Positions 27,612 to 41,356 of a DNA stretch of 64,000 bases are shown here, in pieces. The position numbers and the translations under genes are program-made. Source of the DNA: Octopus vulgaris (taxonomy: Eukaryota); NCBI GenBank assembly GCA_951406725.2, contig OX597814.1, positions 77,066,001-77,130,000 on the forward strand, read 5' to 3'. The stretch's first letter is position 1. Every line of letters starts with the position of its first letter. The notes under the pieces are model-generated. The model saw nothing but the letters and a program-made list of their open reading frames with translations. It had not been told where the DNA came from and did not search any database.

Positions 27612-28614
27612 ACACTACCTTGGAAAAGACAAGAGAATACCAAAAGAAGCTGTACATGTGTTTCATCGATTACTCCAAAGCCTTTGACAGCATTGATCAT
27701 TTCAAGTTATCAAATGTCTGGAGGAAATGGGAACACCTTTACACCTTGTCCAGCTTATTAGATCACTCTATCAAAACCAAGAGGCTACAGTACGGACATC
27801 ATATTGCGACACTGATTGGTTTGAGATTGGAAAAGGCACTCGGCAAGGTTGCATCCTGTCACCAGCAGCCTTCAACATGTGCGCTGAAAAGGTCATGAGG
27901 AATGCAGGCCTGGAGGATAGCAGCATTGGAGTGAGGATTGGAGGAAGAAATATTAATAACCTTCGCTATGCAGATGATACAACTCTGCTGGCGGAGAGTG
28001 GTAAGGATCTGGAGGATCTTGTCCTACTGATCAAGAAAGAGAGTGAGAGATTTGGGCTGTACCTCAATGTTAAGAAAACGAAGATCATGTCAACAACAGC
28101 CACAACAAACATCAGCATCAAGATCGATAATGAAGAGATCGACGTGGTTGATGATTTCATAATTCCTTGGCTCCAAAATAAATCGAGATGGTGACTGCAC
28201 AAGTGGGGTAGGGAGAGTACTAGGCAGAGAGGCAATGGTCAGCATGGGCAGGGTGGGTCTGGAAGAGTAGAGACATCAACTCAGGAAAATTTAGAGAAAA
28301 CTCACATTGTGGTGTATAAGTCAAGTGCTTTTCTTAGTGTGGGCTACAGCACACACACACGCACACACACACAAACGGAGCGAACTGTTTCACTGACGCT
28401 ATCACCCTAATTTCTCCTCTTTTCTCTTTGCAAGTGTGCAACGATTAAAGTGAAAGTAATTCACTTTTTGTAGTGAGTGACTCTTTCACTCTGCATTCCC
28501 ACTTCCTCTTTACACACATAGACACGCAAATATATAAATAAAATTGTAAGCTAACGTGTGTGTGTGTGTGCGTGTGTGTTAGTGTGTGTGTGTGCGTGTG
28601 TGTGTGTGAGGGTG

Positions 28615-28664
<50 letters not shown>

Positions 28665-28830
28665 CGTGTGAGGAAGAGGCCGATCAAGAACCCGCTGGCT
28701 TGACACCATCAAGAGTGATACCGGAATGGACATAGCCAATCTGAAAGAAGCGGCCCAGGATAGAACTTACTGGAGGACACTGATCCAACGAGTAACCGAG
28801 AGTCGACTTCGACTGAGCGGATAGATAGAC
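27612..28830 (+). mobile_element. RTE (BovB-like) LINE 3' fragment, interrupted at 28283-28670
   Basis: FIDYSKAFDS, GTRQGCILSP, NNLRYADDT, terminal RVTESRLRLSG* with a short (GATA) tail. Confidence 0.9.
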
Positions 28831-28870
28831 CTAGGATATCGTTGTTACTTATTTTGAGTATATATATTTA

Positions 28871-29359
28871 TCTCTTATTATAAAAGGCAGATTTTATCTG
28901 CCTCCCTTTGTCTCTTATAGAAATCTACAATATAGGATTTCTTCAATTACAATTTACCTAGCATTTTTAAGAGTAGAATAAATCGGGTCGTGCCAGGTCC
29001 AGTTTTTAAAATTTCAACCCCAATTAAGGAAAATTTAGAGAAAACTCACATTGTGAGGTATAAGTCAAGTGCTTTTCTTAGTGTGGGCTACAGCACACAC
29101 ACACGCACACACACACAAACGGAGCGAACTGTTTCACTGACGCTATCACCCTAATTTCTCCTCTTTTCTCTTTGCAAGTGTGCAACGATTAAAGTGAAAG
29201 TAATTCACTTTTTGTAGTGAGTGACTCTTTCACTCTGCATTCCCACTTCCTCTTTACACACATAGACACGCAAATATATAAATAAAATTGTAAGCTAACG
29301 TGTGTGTGTGTGTGCGTGTGTGTGAGTGTGTGTGTGCGTGTGTGTGTGTGTGAGGGTGC

Positions 29360-29416
<57 letters not shown>

Positions 29417-29991
29417 CGTGTGTGTGAGTGTGTGAGTGTGTGACCCTCCTTGCACTTGGTGAAGGCAAAATACCAGGGGATGAAATGGTAATATTGCCAT
29501 CGATTCCATTTGTACCATTGATAAGACGTCTTCTGATCTCAGAGATGCAGTGTTCCCAGATCTACAAGCTAATTATCAGAATATAGATTGGATTGGCAAA
29601 AAGGCTATACTGGTCCCGAGGAATAAAACTGTTCACCATATTAGTGATGAAATGCTAAATCTCATTCCTGGGGAAGTCTATGTATATCAGTCTATCGATG
29701 CAACTCCTGACCCAGAGGACGTCATCAACTATCCAATAGAGGTACTCAATTCCTTTGAGCACCCCGGACTACCACCACACTTTCTCAAACGTAAAGCTGG
29801 TGCCCCTATGATGCTCATCAGAAATTTGGTTCCCCCAAAACAATGCAATGGCACACGTTTGATCGTTAAGGCCTTATCTCCCACCGTAAACTTATATAAA
29901 TATTTGCCTGAATAATCATCATAATTCAGTGCAATCATTGACAGTACTTTCAAGCAATTCAGCCCCGAGCAACGCCGGGCAATTCTGCTAG
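28871..29991 (+). mobile_element. Internally deleted Helitron
   Basis: A|TC start, CCCGAGCAACGCCGGG hairpin, CTAG|T end; carries a helicase fragment. Confidence 0.85.
29550..29890 (+). pseudogene. Helitron PIF1-family helicase fragment
   Basis: [31 protein letters not shown]...CNGTRLIV. Confidence 0.9.
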
Positions 29992-30034
29992 TATATATAT
30001 ATAGATAGATATAAATATACATATACATACATAC

Positions 30035-30098
<64 letters not shown>

Positions 30099-30373
30099 CA
30101 TATATATATGTGTGTGTGTGTGTGTATATATATATAAGTATGTATATATATGAATGTGTATGTATATGTATATATACATATAAAAGTAAAATATATATAA
30201 ACATATAAATATATATATATATATATACATCTGTATACATATATATACATATATATATATACATTTATATATACATGCATGAATACATATACATGTAAAT
30301 GTATATATACATCTATATATATATACACATGTATATATATATACATGTATATATATCTATATACACACACACG

Positions 30374-30417
<44 letters not shown>

Positions 30418-31060
30418 GAGAGAGAGAGATAAAACTTACTTGGAAATGGATGCGGAGCGTTCAATTATATAGTAATATAATAAATAATATATAAATATAT
30501 ATGCATATACATATATGTACATACTTACATATATATGTATATAAACATGCATATATGGGCACAGGACACCACGAACGTAAACAACATGAAATACGAAATA
30601 TGAAAATATGGAATACGAATTTTTTTGCGAACAGCAAAAGAAACAAATGGAAAACAAGACAAGTAACATTAAAATACGACCCTTCATCAGTTGTCGGCTG
30701 TTTTTCTACTTCGTATTTCGAGCAATTCATGACAAGATACGTTTTCGGAAAAGCAGTTGCTCCCGCGAAGCAAATTGAATAAAATTTGGGATTTTGTGGA
30801 TGGTCAAAGCTGGTAACAAAAACAGGACAGTGAAAACAAACAGGAATGGATGTTAAGCCTGAACGAGGTGTGTTGGTGAAAGCGGAGGAACAAGCTCTGA
30901 CAGAAGACAGACAAAAATGCGTCTTGTCCCTGCGGCTGATCAGAAAGAAAGAAAGAAATTCAAGTTAGGAAAAGAAAGAAGACCGATGTTCAAACATATA
31001 TATATCGTTAGCTACCACACACATTTTTTCTCCTTGATTCTCTCCTTGTTTTTTGTGTCC

Positions 31061-31096
31061 CTTTCTGTAGAAGAGCGTAGGCTCGAAACGTAAAAG
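31061..31096 (+). ncRNA. Minimal type I hammerhead-like motif in a Penelope-like terminus (A6U, extra A)
   Basis: cttt CTGTAGA a gagc-gtag-gctc GAAA cg TA aaag. Confidence 0.5.
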
Positions 31097-31181
31097 ACTT
31101 TTTCTATTCCTGAGCGTTATACTAATACATCTGTTTGTTTTGTACACCACCTGTCTTCTTTTGTTTTTTTTCGTAAACTCT

Positions 31182-31245
<64 letters not shown>

Positions 31246-31366
31246 TTAATAAGGGTGAGAGAATTAGATACTAATTTAATAGTATATCTATTCTACACCA
31301 AATGGCCTAGTGCTCCGAGAAACCTTGATTATTATAATATTTTATAATATATTATAATATTTTTAC

Positions 31367-31552
31367 AAAATAAATATAAGAGAGTGGTCACTATATATGG
31401 CTCACTCTAGATCAGTTAATCCAAAAGGCTTCAACCACAAAAATACATGTTTCCCATGAAAGTCAGTACGATGTATTTTTGTGGTTGAAACCTTTTTGGA
31501 TTAACTGGTGCTAGAGTGAGCCATATAGTGACCACTCTCTTATATTTATTTT
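31367..31552. repeat. Near-perfect palindrome, ~82-bp arms, 22-nt spacer
   Basis: 31367-31448 is the reverse complement of 31471-31552 with few mismatches. Confidence 0.9.
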
Positions 31553-31569
31553 ATATATATATATATACA

Positions 31570-31600
31570 CTAGCAGAGATACCCGGCGTTTCTCGGGATT
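31570..31600 (-). mobile_element. Solo Helitron 3' terminus
   Basis: Reverse strand cccgagaaacgccggg...ctgCTAG|T. Confidence 0.65.
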
Positions 31601-31614
31601 AAATGGCATAGGTT

Positions 31615-31810
31615 TTTATTGTTTTACTTGTTTCGGTCATGTGACTGCGTACATGCTGGAGCAATGCTTTTAGTTGAAGAAACTGACCCCAGGATTTATT
31701 CTATCAGACTGTTTTGCCACATGGCTAAGTTATGGGGACGTGAACACAGCAACGTCGGTTGTCAAGCGATGGTAGGGGGTACAAACACAGACAAACACAC
31801 ACGCACACAC
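31615..31810 (-). mobile_element. SINE 3' half (family of 7040-7499), diverged
   Basis: Homology to 7055-7260. Confidence 0.75.
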
Positions 31811-31980
31811 ATATATATATAACAACATTGTATACGACATGAGATGTTTTCCGTGCCTTATACATATAACAAAGTGGATTTGTAAGGTACCACTCGAGTG
31901 AAATTATATATGAAAGAAGGTTTGAAAATGCAATTTTAAGAGATGTTTATTTACTTGACCGGTTTCACTATATATGTATG

Positions 31981-32568
<588 letters not shown>

Positions 32569-32613
32569 TATATATATATAACAAAATAAGCAACAAGGAT
32601 ATCCAGAGGTTAT

Positions 32614-32698
32614 GCAGTACGACCGTTTCATGGAACTCCATTTAATTGAACAATGCAATCATTACATCAATTTAAAATGCAGAGCAATCTTCAGCTTC
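32614..32698 (-). ncRNA. Type I hammerhead-like motif with long stem II
   Basis: gaag CTGAAGA t..(cattt/aaatg, aattga/tcaatt hairpin)..t GAAA cggtcg TA ctgc; one stem I mismatch. Confidence 0.5.
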
Positions 32699-32747
32699 CC
32701 AAAGACAGAATTCAATTAAATTAGACCAGATGGACACATTAGTATAA

Positions 32748-33060
32748 TCTATATATATATATATAACTGAGAATGTCTCTCTGTCTCTGTGGATCCCTAA
32801 CACTTGAGACCTACAAAACCAATTTCATTCAAATTTTATACATGCCTTACTTAGGGTCGAAGGAGTGTCACGAGCAAAGCAAAATTTTCACTTTTTGCCA
32901 AGGGTGAGCCCACAGCAATATCATATCTTCTCCACCATTTCAGTATTACGTGTTAAAAGTGAAACAAAAACATCTCTCTATTGTAATATCAGGTACTTTC
33001 ACTTTAATACTGAAACTATTAAAGTCAAACTATTATATCAGAGGGATGAACCATTAACAG
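32748..33060 (+). mobile_element. Helitron-like 5' fragment
   Basis: A|TCTATATA start and resemblance to the leader of 270-1942; no 3' end seen. Confidence 0.4.
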
Positions 33061-33454
33061 AGGACATCCATTTTGCTGGAAGAACATCCGCTATGGTCTT
33101 ATATGCTACACCACTAGTTTTCAATTCATATTAAACAACTTAATACTCAATTTCTCACCCTTATTTTAAATTTAAATTTAAATTTAAACCCAGGACCATG
33201 TGTTTTGGGACGAAGTTTGTTACCACACAGCCACACCTGCACCTATATATGTGTTTGTGTGTGTGTGTGTGTGTATGTATGTGTGTATAGCTGTATATGT
33301 ATACATTTATTTCTATACATATAGATGTATATGTATACATGTATATGTGTAGATGTATATATATATATATATATATATAGGTGTACATGTAATATGCACA
33401 CATATATTCACATATATACATGCATACATATATACACCCATACACACACACACA

Positions 33455-33627
33455 CACACTGTGTGGTAACAAACTTGGTTCCAAAACACATGGTCCTGGG
33501 TTCAGTCCCATTGTGTGGTGACTTGGCATGTGTCTTCTACTATAGCCTCAGACCAACGAAAGCCTTGTCAGTGGATTTTGCTGACAGAAACTGAAAGAAA
33601 TCAATCGTATATATATGTATGTATATA
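33455..33627 (+). mobile_element. SINE 5' half (3' half at 36923-37050), split by the CR1 insertion
   Basis: Head with ggttcagtccc B-box up to the central (TA) tract. Confidence 0.75.
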
Positions 33628-36600
33628 TGTTAGTTAGTTAGTTAGTTAATTTGGCTCAAAAGCAAATAGCAAGGTCATGTAGGGGGACATGGAGTTAAGT
33701 ACAGGGTGGTGTTCATGTAAAGAGTTCAGGCCACTTGAGGTCCAGGGAGGCTTTGAACAAAGCGGTCGTCGGCATATTCACCATCTCGTCTGGCAGCTTC
33801 TTCCACGGATCCGCAACCCGGACGGAGAAATCTCCTCTCCTTCGATTGAGATGAAATCGTCGCAGGTAGAGCTTTTCGGAATGACCCCGCAGCCGACGCT
33901 CCGGAGCAGGAGTGAAGAACAGCTCTTTCGAGAGGTTACACTTCCCGCTTATGATGTTGTGGGCGAGAATGAGATCACCACGGCGGCGGCGTTTTTCAAG
34001 AGAATAAAGGTCGAGCGTCCTCAGCCTTTCTTCGTAGGACAAATTTTTGAGACCATGAACCATGCGGGTAGCCAGCCTCTGGACTCTTTCGAGATGCTGT
34101 ATGTCTTTGAGGAGATAAGGAGAAGAGGCTTGAATCCCATACTCCAATATGGGTCTCACCAGCGTGACATAGAGTGGTAGGAATATGGCTGCTGTGAGCA
34201 TTCCGAATGACCGTCGAATCAAAAACAGAATTCCGCGCGCTTTGTTGGCAGCATGGACGCACTGGGCCGAAGGCGAAAAGGAGGGATCCACCAAGATACC
34301 CAGGTCCTTTACCTGATCGGTCCTCTCCAGCAGCAGACGACCCGGCTCGAAATCAAGTTGAGTTGCAGGAGTAGAGCCGACAGGCAGATGACAGCACTTT
34401 GACACGTTCAGACACAGGTCCCAATCGTTAGACCACTTCCAAATTTGGTGGAGGCATCGACGAAGATCCTCTATACTACCGCGAGGAGCGACCAGTTTGA
34501 TATCGTCGGCAAATAGAAGGGTGTGTTGCGTGAGGTCGTCGGGCAAGTCATTTATGAAGACTAAGAACAACAAGGGCCCAAGCACTGAACCTTGAGGCAC
34601 GCCACTGCTCGCACTGGAGTCGTCGGACCGCGAACCATTAACTTGAACTTGGAAGGAGCGATCTGAGAGGAAGGCACCAACCCATCGTACAATATCCGGA
34701 TGGAAACTATATGCTTGAAGCTTGACAAGTAGTAGGCGGTGGTTTACCGAGTCAAAAGCTTTGGCAAAGTCCAATAAAACGATGTCAACAGCATCACTAT
34801 CATCGAGGATGCGCGTCACCAATTCTTCCATTACTAGTAAGTTGGTCAAGCATGATCTCTTCGGCACGAAGCCGTGTTGGGAATCAGTGATCGAGGCTGT
34901 GTTTAGGAGGTGGAGCATCATACTTTTCTTAAGGATGGTTTCGAACATCTTGCTGATTATTGATGTAAGGGAAACCGGTCGGTAGTTAAGCGGGTCTTCG
35001 CGGCTCCCTTTCTTGAAAATTGGGCAGATTATCGCTGTTCTCCAGTCTGCAGGTATAACACCCGTCGCCAATGACATATTGAATAGTCGTGTTAAGGGCT
35101 CGCAGATGACCGGAGCCAACGCTTTGATAACCCGTGGGTGTATGCCGTCAGGGCCGTGACCCTTGTTGACATCGAGGCCTTGAATAACACGTTTGACTTC
35201 GTCCCGCGTGATGACCAATCGAAGCATTGGAGGTACCGATCTATCAAATGGAGGGGGTTCACGACCATCATCTTGTTTGAAAATAGTTGAAAAAGCCTCG
35301 GCAAATAATTGACTCTGTTGATAAGGGTCCTCAATCGATACGCCTGTTGAGTCTACCAACGTTGCAATCTGGTTGTTCAAGCGGGAATTCCGCTGGACAT
35401 GGGCAAAGAAGGTTTTTGGATTGCTACTGGCATTTGCCGCGATTTTGTATTCATAACTGAAGCGTTCTTTCTTTTCAATTTTCACGGCTCGGTCTCGTTG
35501 AGCTTTGTACACCTCAAAAGCTGCAGTCGAATCCAGATTTTTGAATTCAGCCCAAGCAATATCTCTGAGTCGACGTTCTCGTTTAACCTTCTTCGTCACC
35601 CAGGGCTTGTGTTTCTTCCTCTTGGGAAGCCCAACGGGAACTGCCTGGTCAGTCAAACAGATTACATATGCTTTGAGGGATGACCATAGTTCGTCAACTG
35701 AGGACAACGTCATCAGGGATCGCCAGTCCAGAAGCGCGGAAGCCTCGGTTAGAATTTCAAGATTAATTGCAGAGAAGACTCTACGTGGCAGCGAAGTAAT
35801 CGTGGGCGTAGAAAAAGTTGTGTGCATGACGAACTTCAGGACCGCATGATCACTCTTGGCAAGAGGGGCGCACACAGATACGTCTGACACTGATCTTGGA
35901 TAGCGGGAGAATACCAGATCTAGCATAGATGGCTGCTGCCCAGACCGATGCCTTGTCGGATATTCAACATGTTGCGATAGAAAACAATCTTCAGCCACGT
36001 CAAGAAGGGCCTGGCCGAACCGGGAAGATGTTGTACAAATTGATGCGGGCCAATCGATCGTGGGAGCGTTGAAGTCGCCTAGTACCAAGCAGTCATGCGA
36101 AGCTGAAACGAATCTTATCGCTTCGAGTAGATGAGCATCGTCCTGGGGGGTCGGCTAGAGGCGGCCTGTAGACAGCCAACACGGGCAGGCAAAACTCAGA
36201 TAGGCTCAGTTTGCAATAGACGGCATCGAATTTTGTTGTAGGTTGAGCATTTGTGGGTAGAATACCGCAGGATTGTTTGTGCTCAGACTTAACATACACA
36301 GCAACACCTCCACCTCGCCTTTTTCCTCTGTCACATCTGAAAAGGACGTAGCCCTGCAGGTGGATTTCTGAGTCCTTTACTGCTGGAGTCAGCCAAGTCT
36401 CGGTGATAGCTATCACATCAGGGGAGTCACGTATGGCCAGTGTAAATAGTTCACTGAACTTTGGGAATAAGGAGCACGAGTTGGTGTAGACGATGCTGAG
36501 CTGTGAAGTCTGAGGGGCGGGAGTTGGGGAACAAGCAGAATAAAGGGCATCAGAGATAGCATCGTTGACGGGGGTATCAACTTCACTTCGATTTGCCCTC

Positions 36601-36922
36601 ACATCACTTTCCCTGTCAGCACTACAGCATGGGACCAGAGGTAGGACTTGATTATCTGTCCATCTTGGATTCGTAAACCCTTCTCTCCCATTTGTTTCCT
36701 CATCTTTAGTTCGGATATCAGGTTCCTCCGGCGAATTCTCTCTCTTAGTGAGTATTCCTCGCGAAAACCCATATTGGGGTCCTCCCAGGCATGCGTCTGA
36801 GCTCTGTTCAGAAAGACTGAAACCGCCCGATCAGAAGAAAAGATTACCCTTATTGGGCGTGGTCTAGTATCTGCGGTTGGGTTCGCTTGGAATCTTCCTA
36901 GCCGAGCGACCTTAAGAGCACG
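33628..36922 (-). mobile_element. Young 5'-truncated CR1-type LINE with (AACT)n tail
   Basis: ORF1 C-terminus (RLGR..RPRPIRVIF), APE plus RT ORF2, short 3' UTR, gttagttagtt tail on plus strand. Confidence 0.9.
33713..36602 (-). CDS. CR1-type ORF2 (APE endonuclease + reverse transcriptase), single +1 frameshift at 36145-36150
   Basis: ITETWL, VYRPP, LGDFN, SDH, NYRPVSLTS, DFAKAFDSV, SGVPQGSVLGP, LFADD; 791-aa uninterrupted ORF plus a 169-aa upstream ORF. Confidence 0.9.
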
Positions 36923-37050
36923 TGTGTGTCTTTGTGTTTCTCCTTCATCACTGCCTCATAACTGGTGTTCGTTTATTTACATCCCCATAACTTATTGGTT
37001 TCACAAGAAGAAACTGATAGAATAAGTACCAGGCTTATCAAAATATTAAA
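36923..37050 (+). mobile_element. SINE 3' half
   Basis: tgtgtctttgtgttt...gatagaataagtaccaggctta; also homologous to positions 1-50. Confidence 0.7.
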
Positions 37051-37092
37051 AAAACACTAGGCAGTATCTCATATCTTTGTGTGTGTGTGTGT

Positions 37093-37195
<103 letters not shown>

Positions 37196-37261
37196 GGTCC
37201 CGGCTAGATTCGGGGTTAACCACAGTAAATAAGGTACTCAATACATAGCAGAGTAAAATTA

Positions 37262-37622
37262 ATTTATTATATAGAAGGAGCTTCTACAGGACTAGAACTG
37301 TTTCATTCAAGAGAAATCATCAGGAAGCTAGTTAACAAGAATTGTTTTGGCATTTATACATTTAGGCAGGTTTAAAGGGGTGGTGGTGGGGGACTTTTTG
37401 GGGGTAGGCATAGCGCAAAAATATCATACTTAGGGGAGTGGTCAAGGAGTCAGTGGTAAAGTAGATAAGAGAATAAATAAAAGAATAAAAAAATACAAAT
37501 AGAAGAATAGAGTTTTAGGTAAATAAGTAGACTCTCACTTATACATATACACATATGTATATATATACACACACACACACATATACATACACACATATAC
37601 ATACATATATATATATATATAT
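37262..37622 (-). repeat. Left arm of ~360-bp inverted repeat (partner 42119-42483); Penelope-like terminal repeat
   Basis: Reverse complement near-identical, including the irregular CA/TA tract. Confidence 0.9.
37279..37329 (-). ncRNA. Type I hammerhead ribozyme motif
   Basis: agcttc CTGATGA t-ttc-tctt-gaa-t GAAA cag-ttctagtc-ctg TA gaagct. Confidence 0.75.
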
Positions 37623-37826
37623 ACCCGGCAACCAGATTGACGACACCCCACCCACAAACACCCCCAATCCCACCGTTCCCCTAGCACCCCCGATTACCTT
37701 TTCTCCTAAGACCTTTCACATATTGTATGTGTACGCTTGTATATGTGTATCGTATATATGTATAGAAATGTATGGGTATAGTAGGAATATACGCATGTAT
37801 TATGTGTGTGTGTGTATGTATGTATG

Positions 37827-37857
<31 letters not shown>

Positions 37858-37874
37858 GTATATATATATATGTG

Positions 37875-37949
<75 letters not shown>

Positions 37950-37950
37950 A

Positions 37951-37982
<32 letters not shown>

Positions 37983-38072
37983 CAAGTGTACGCTAATGTG
38001 TCGATGTATATGTAGGTATGTAGAGTTATGTGTATGTGCATGTATGTGTGTGTATATACAGATGTGTAGATG

Positions 38073-38113
<41 letters not shown>

Positions 38114-39187
38114 CATGTACGCATACATGCACACACACACACACACGCACGTACACATACATACATACACACACACATACATACACCCATACACATACAT
38201 GCATCCTCCACACACAGACATACACACTCACACACACATACACACACACACACTCACTCACACACCTGCATGTACGCGCACACACATGCACATACACACA
38301 CTTCCACACACACACACGTACATACATACACACTCATACACACACACACACACACGGACATACATCTATACACACACATATACACACACACATACTTACA
38401 TACATTCATCGGACACACTGACACTCAGACTTACACACAGACACACTCACACATCCACACACATACATACTCACACGCAATCGCAGGCGCGCGCACATGC
38501 TCGCTTGTGCGCGTTCGCGCACGCATACACGCACGCTTGCACCACGCTCATGGTTGACCGACCGGATCTCCTGTCTGAATCTGGGGCCGGCACGTTGTCT
38601 TTGGGTTCTCCCACGCCTGTCGCCGCGGGACCACTCTTCCATCTTCCCCCTCCTCTCCCCCCCCTTCGCTGCAGTTCTTTTTCCCTTAAACCCCCCCCCC
38701 TTTTGTACACACACGCACACACATACACACACCCACTCACACACACACATTTGCATATATATACACATTACACTTACACACACTTCAAATTTACTTGCCA
38801 CACACACAACTACGCACGCTGGACATATACCACACGCACACACTCACACATACATACACACGCACACACACATACCTCCCTGCTTCTGATCTGCCTTTCT
38901 GAACTGCTAGGGTACCTCCACACCACTCCTTTAATTCTACTACTGCTTGCTACTAGCCATTGTCCACCATACACACACATACACACACACGCACACTCAC
39001 ACACACACACGGTCATCTCGCAACACCTTTTTTACCATTCCCTCATTGATTCAGCTCTCCTGTTTTTAAAAAAAATTTTCCTCCTTTTTTACTACTTCCG
39101 TCTTTTCAGTATGTGACCTCGTGAAGACGACCTGCAATTTTTTTTCCTCTGTCCTCCCGTCCCGGGATCTTTCTTTCTTTCTCTTAT

Positions 39188-39222
39188 GTTTCCGACGAAG
39201 AGCTCCGCTCGAAACGTCATAC
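39188..39222 (+). ncRNA. Minimal type I hammerhead-like motif (U4C, extra A)
   Basis: gttt CCGACGA a gagc-tcc-gctc GAAA cg TC atac; downstream ttcctgagcg shared with the 31061 motif. Confidence 0.5.
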
Positions 39223-39313
39223 CCTCCTTCTTCCATTTTCCTGAGCGCCTAATAATAATAATACTGTAATTGTTCCACGTGTTGTTGTTTTTTCTGTTTT
39301 CCCGTTTGGATTA

Positions 39314-39380
<67 letters not shown>

Positions 39381-39816
39381 GTAGGTATGTAGAGTTATAC
39401 GTATGTGCATGTATGTGTGTATATATGCATATGTGTAGATAGGTGTATATATATGTATATATATATATGTATATATGTGTATATATGTATATATATATAT
39501 ATATGTGTATGTTTATATGAATGTTTCCGTCTGTATAAAGGGTAACTGCATGTATATATATACTTATTATTTATTATTTATTACTTACTACTTATTATTT
39601 ATTACTTGAGTTTGCGTTTGTATGCATGTATGTATTTATGTATATAAGGTGGCGCGTGAGTGTGTGTATGTGTATGCACTTGTATAGAAATATGTATACA
39701 TTTTTGCATGTATGTACTTATGTGTATATACGTGTATATATATGTGTGTATGTGTATGTGTGTGTGTGTGTATGAGTATGTATGTATGTATGCACACATG
39801 TGTATGTATATGTATA

Positions 39817-39869
<53 letters not shown>

Positions 39870-40101
39870 ATATATGTATATATATGTGTGTGTGTGTATG
39901 TGTGTATATGTATGTATATATATATGTGTGTATGTGTATGTGTGTGTATATATATGTATATATATATGTGAATGTGTGTGTATATGTATATATATATATG
40001 TATGTGTGTGTGTGTGTATATATGTATGTGTAAGTGTGTATATGTTTGCTTGTATGTATATGTATATATGTGTATGTGTGTGTATATGTATATGTATATG
40101 C

Positions 40102-40157
<56 letters not shown>

Positions 40158-40530
40158 GTATATGTATATGTATGTATATGTGTATATGTACATATACGTG
40201 TACGCCCGTGTGTTTATGTATATGTAGGTATGTAGAGTTATGTATGTATGTATGTATATATACATATGTGTAAATAGGTATATATGTGTAAGTTTATATG
40301 TATGTATCCGTCTGTATAATAGGTAACTGCACGTATATATATTTAATATTTATTATTTATTGTTTGAGTATGCATGTAAGTATATGAACATAAGGAGGCG
40401 TGTGTGTGTGTGTGTATGTGTAAGCATATGTATAAATATATGTATACTTTTACGCATGTGTGTACTTATGTGTATATATGGATGCGCGTGTATGTGTGTA
40501 TGTGTACGCATGTATATGTGTATATGTGTG

Positions 40531-40590
<60 letters not shown>

Positions 40591-40594
40591 AATA

Positions 40595-41356
40595 TATTAC
40601 ATTATATAAAAGGGCTTAGTAAAATAAATTACTTTGCGCATACTGAACTCATTAGAAATAGCAGCTAAAAAAACATTTTTAAAAACTATTTCCAATACTT
40701 AAAGAAAACCTCTCTCATATAGTGTTTGCTCAATTCAACTCACAAAAGTATGGGGGTAGAGACATTAAAAAATCAAATGCAAAGGATATTTGAGAACGTA
40801 CGTTTCAAGATTAGTCAAAATCGACACTTCTATCATCAGCTCAGAACTCCCTGGTTTGGATTTGAAAACACTGAAAGTGGGAGCATACCCTTTCGGCTTG
40901 TTATCACTTCTGAAGATCTGCTCAAAACTAACAGTGCTAGCAAATTCAAATATGCAAGCGAAGAATTTCTGCTCTCCCCTTTCCACCAGCGTGGGTTAAA
41001 ATCAGCAAACACTATGTTTTTTCGGTAAAATCCGAGGCATTATATAGAGAGAGATGAATTATAATTTCAACAATTGAGGGTAAAATTAATTAATTAATCA
41101 ATTTCACCAAGTATTCAGTATACAAAGGGACCATTTAAGGCGAATTCAAATTATTACATTATATAAAAGGGCTTAGTAAAATAAATTACTTTGCCGCATA
41201 CTGAACTCATTAGAAATAGCAGCTAAAAAAACATTTTTAAAAACTATTTCCAATACTTAAAGAAAACCTCTCTCATATAGTGTTTGCTCAATTCAACTCA
41301 CAAAAGTATGGGGGTAGAGACATTAAAAAATCAAATGCAAAGGTTATTTGAGAACG

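Noticed and set aside
30640-30730. Minus-strand GAAA...CTGATGA as a type II hammerhead
   Set aside because: Stems I and III cannot be formed
33689-35849. Plus-strand ORFs over the CR1
   Set aside because: Antisense shadows of ORF2
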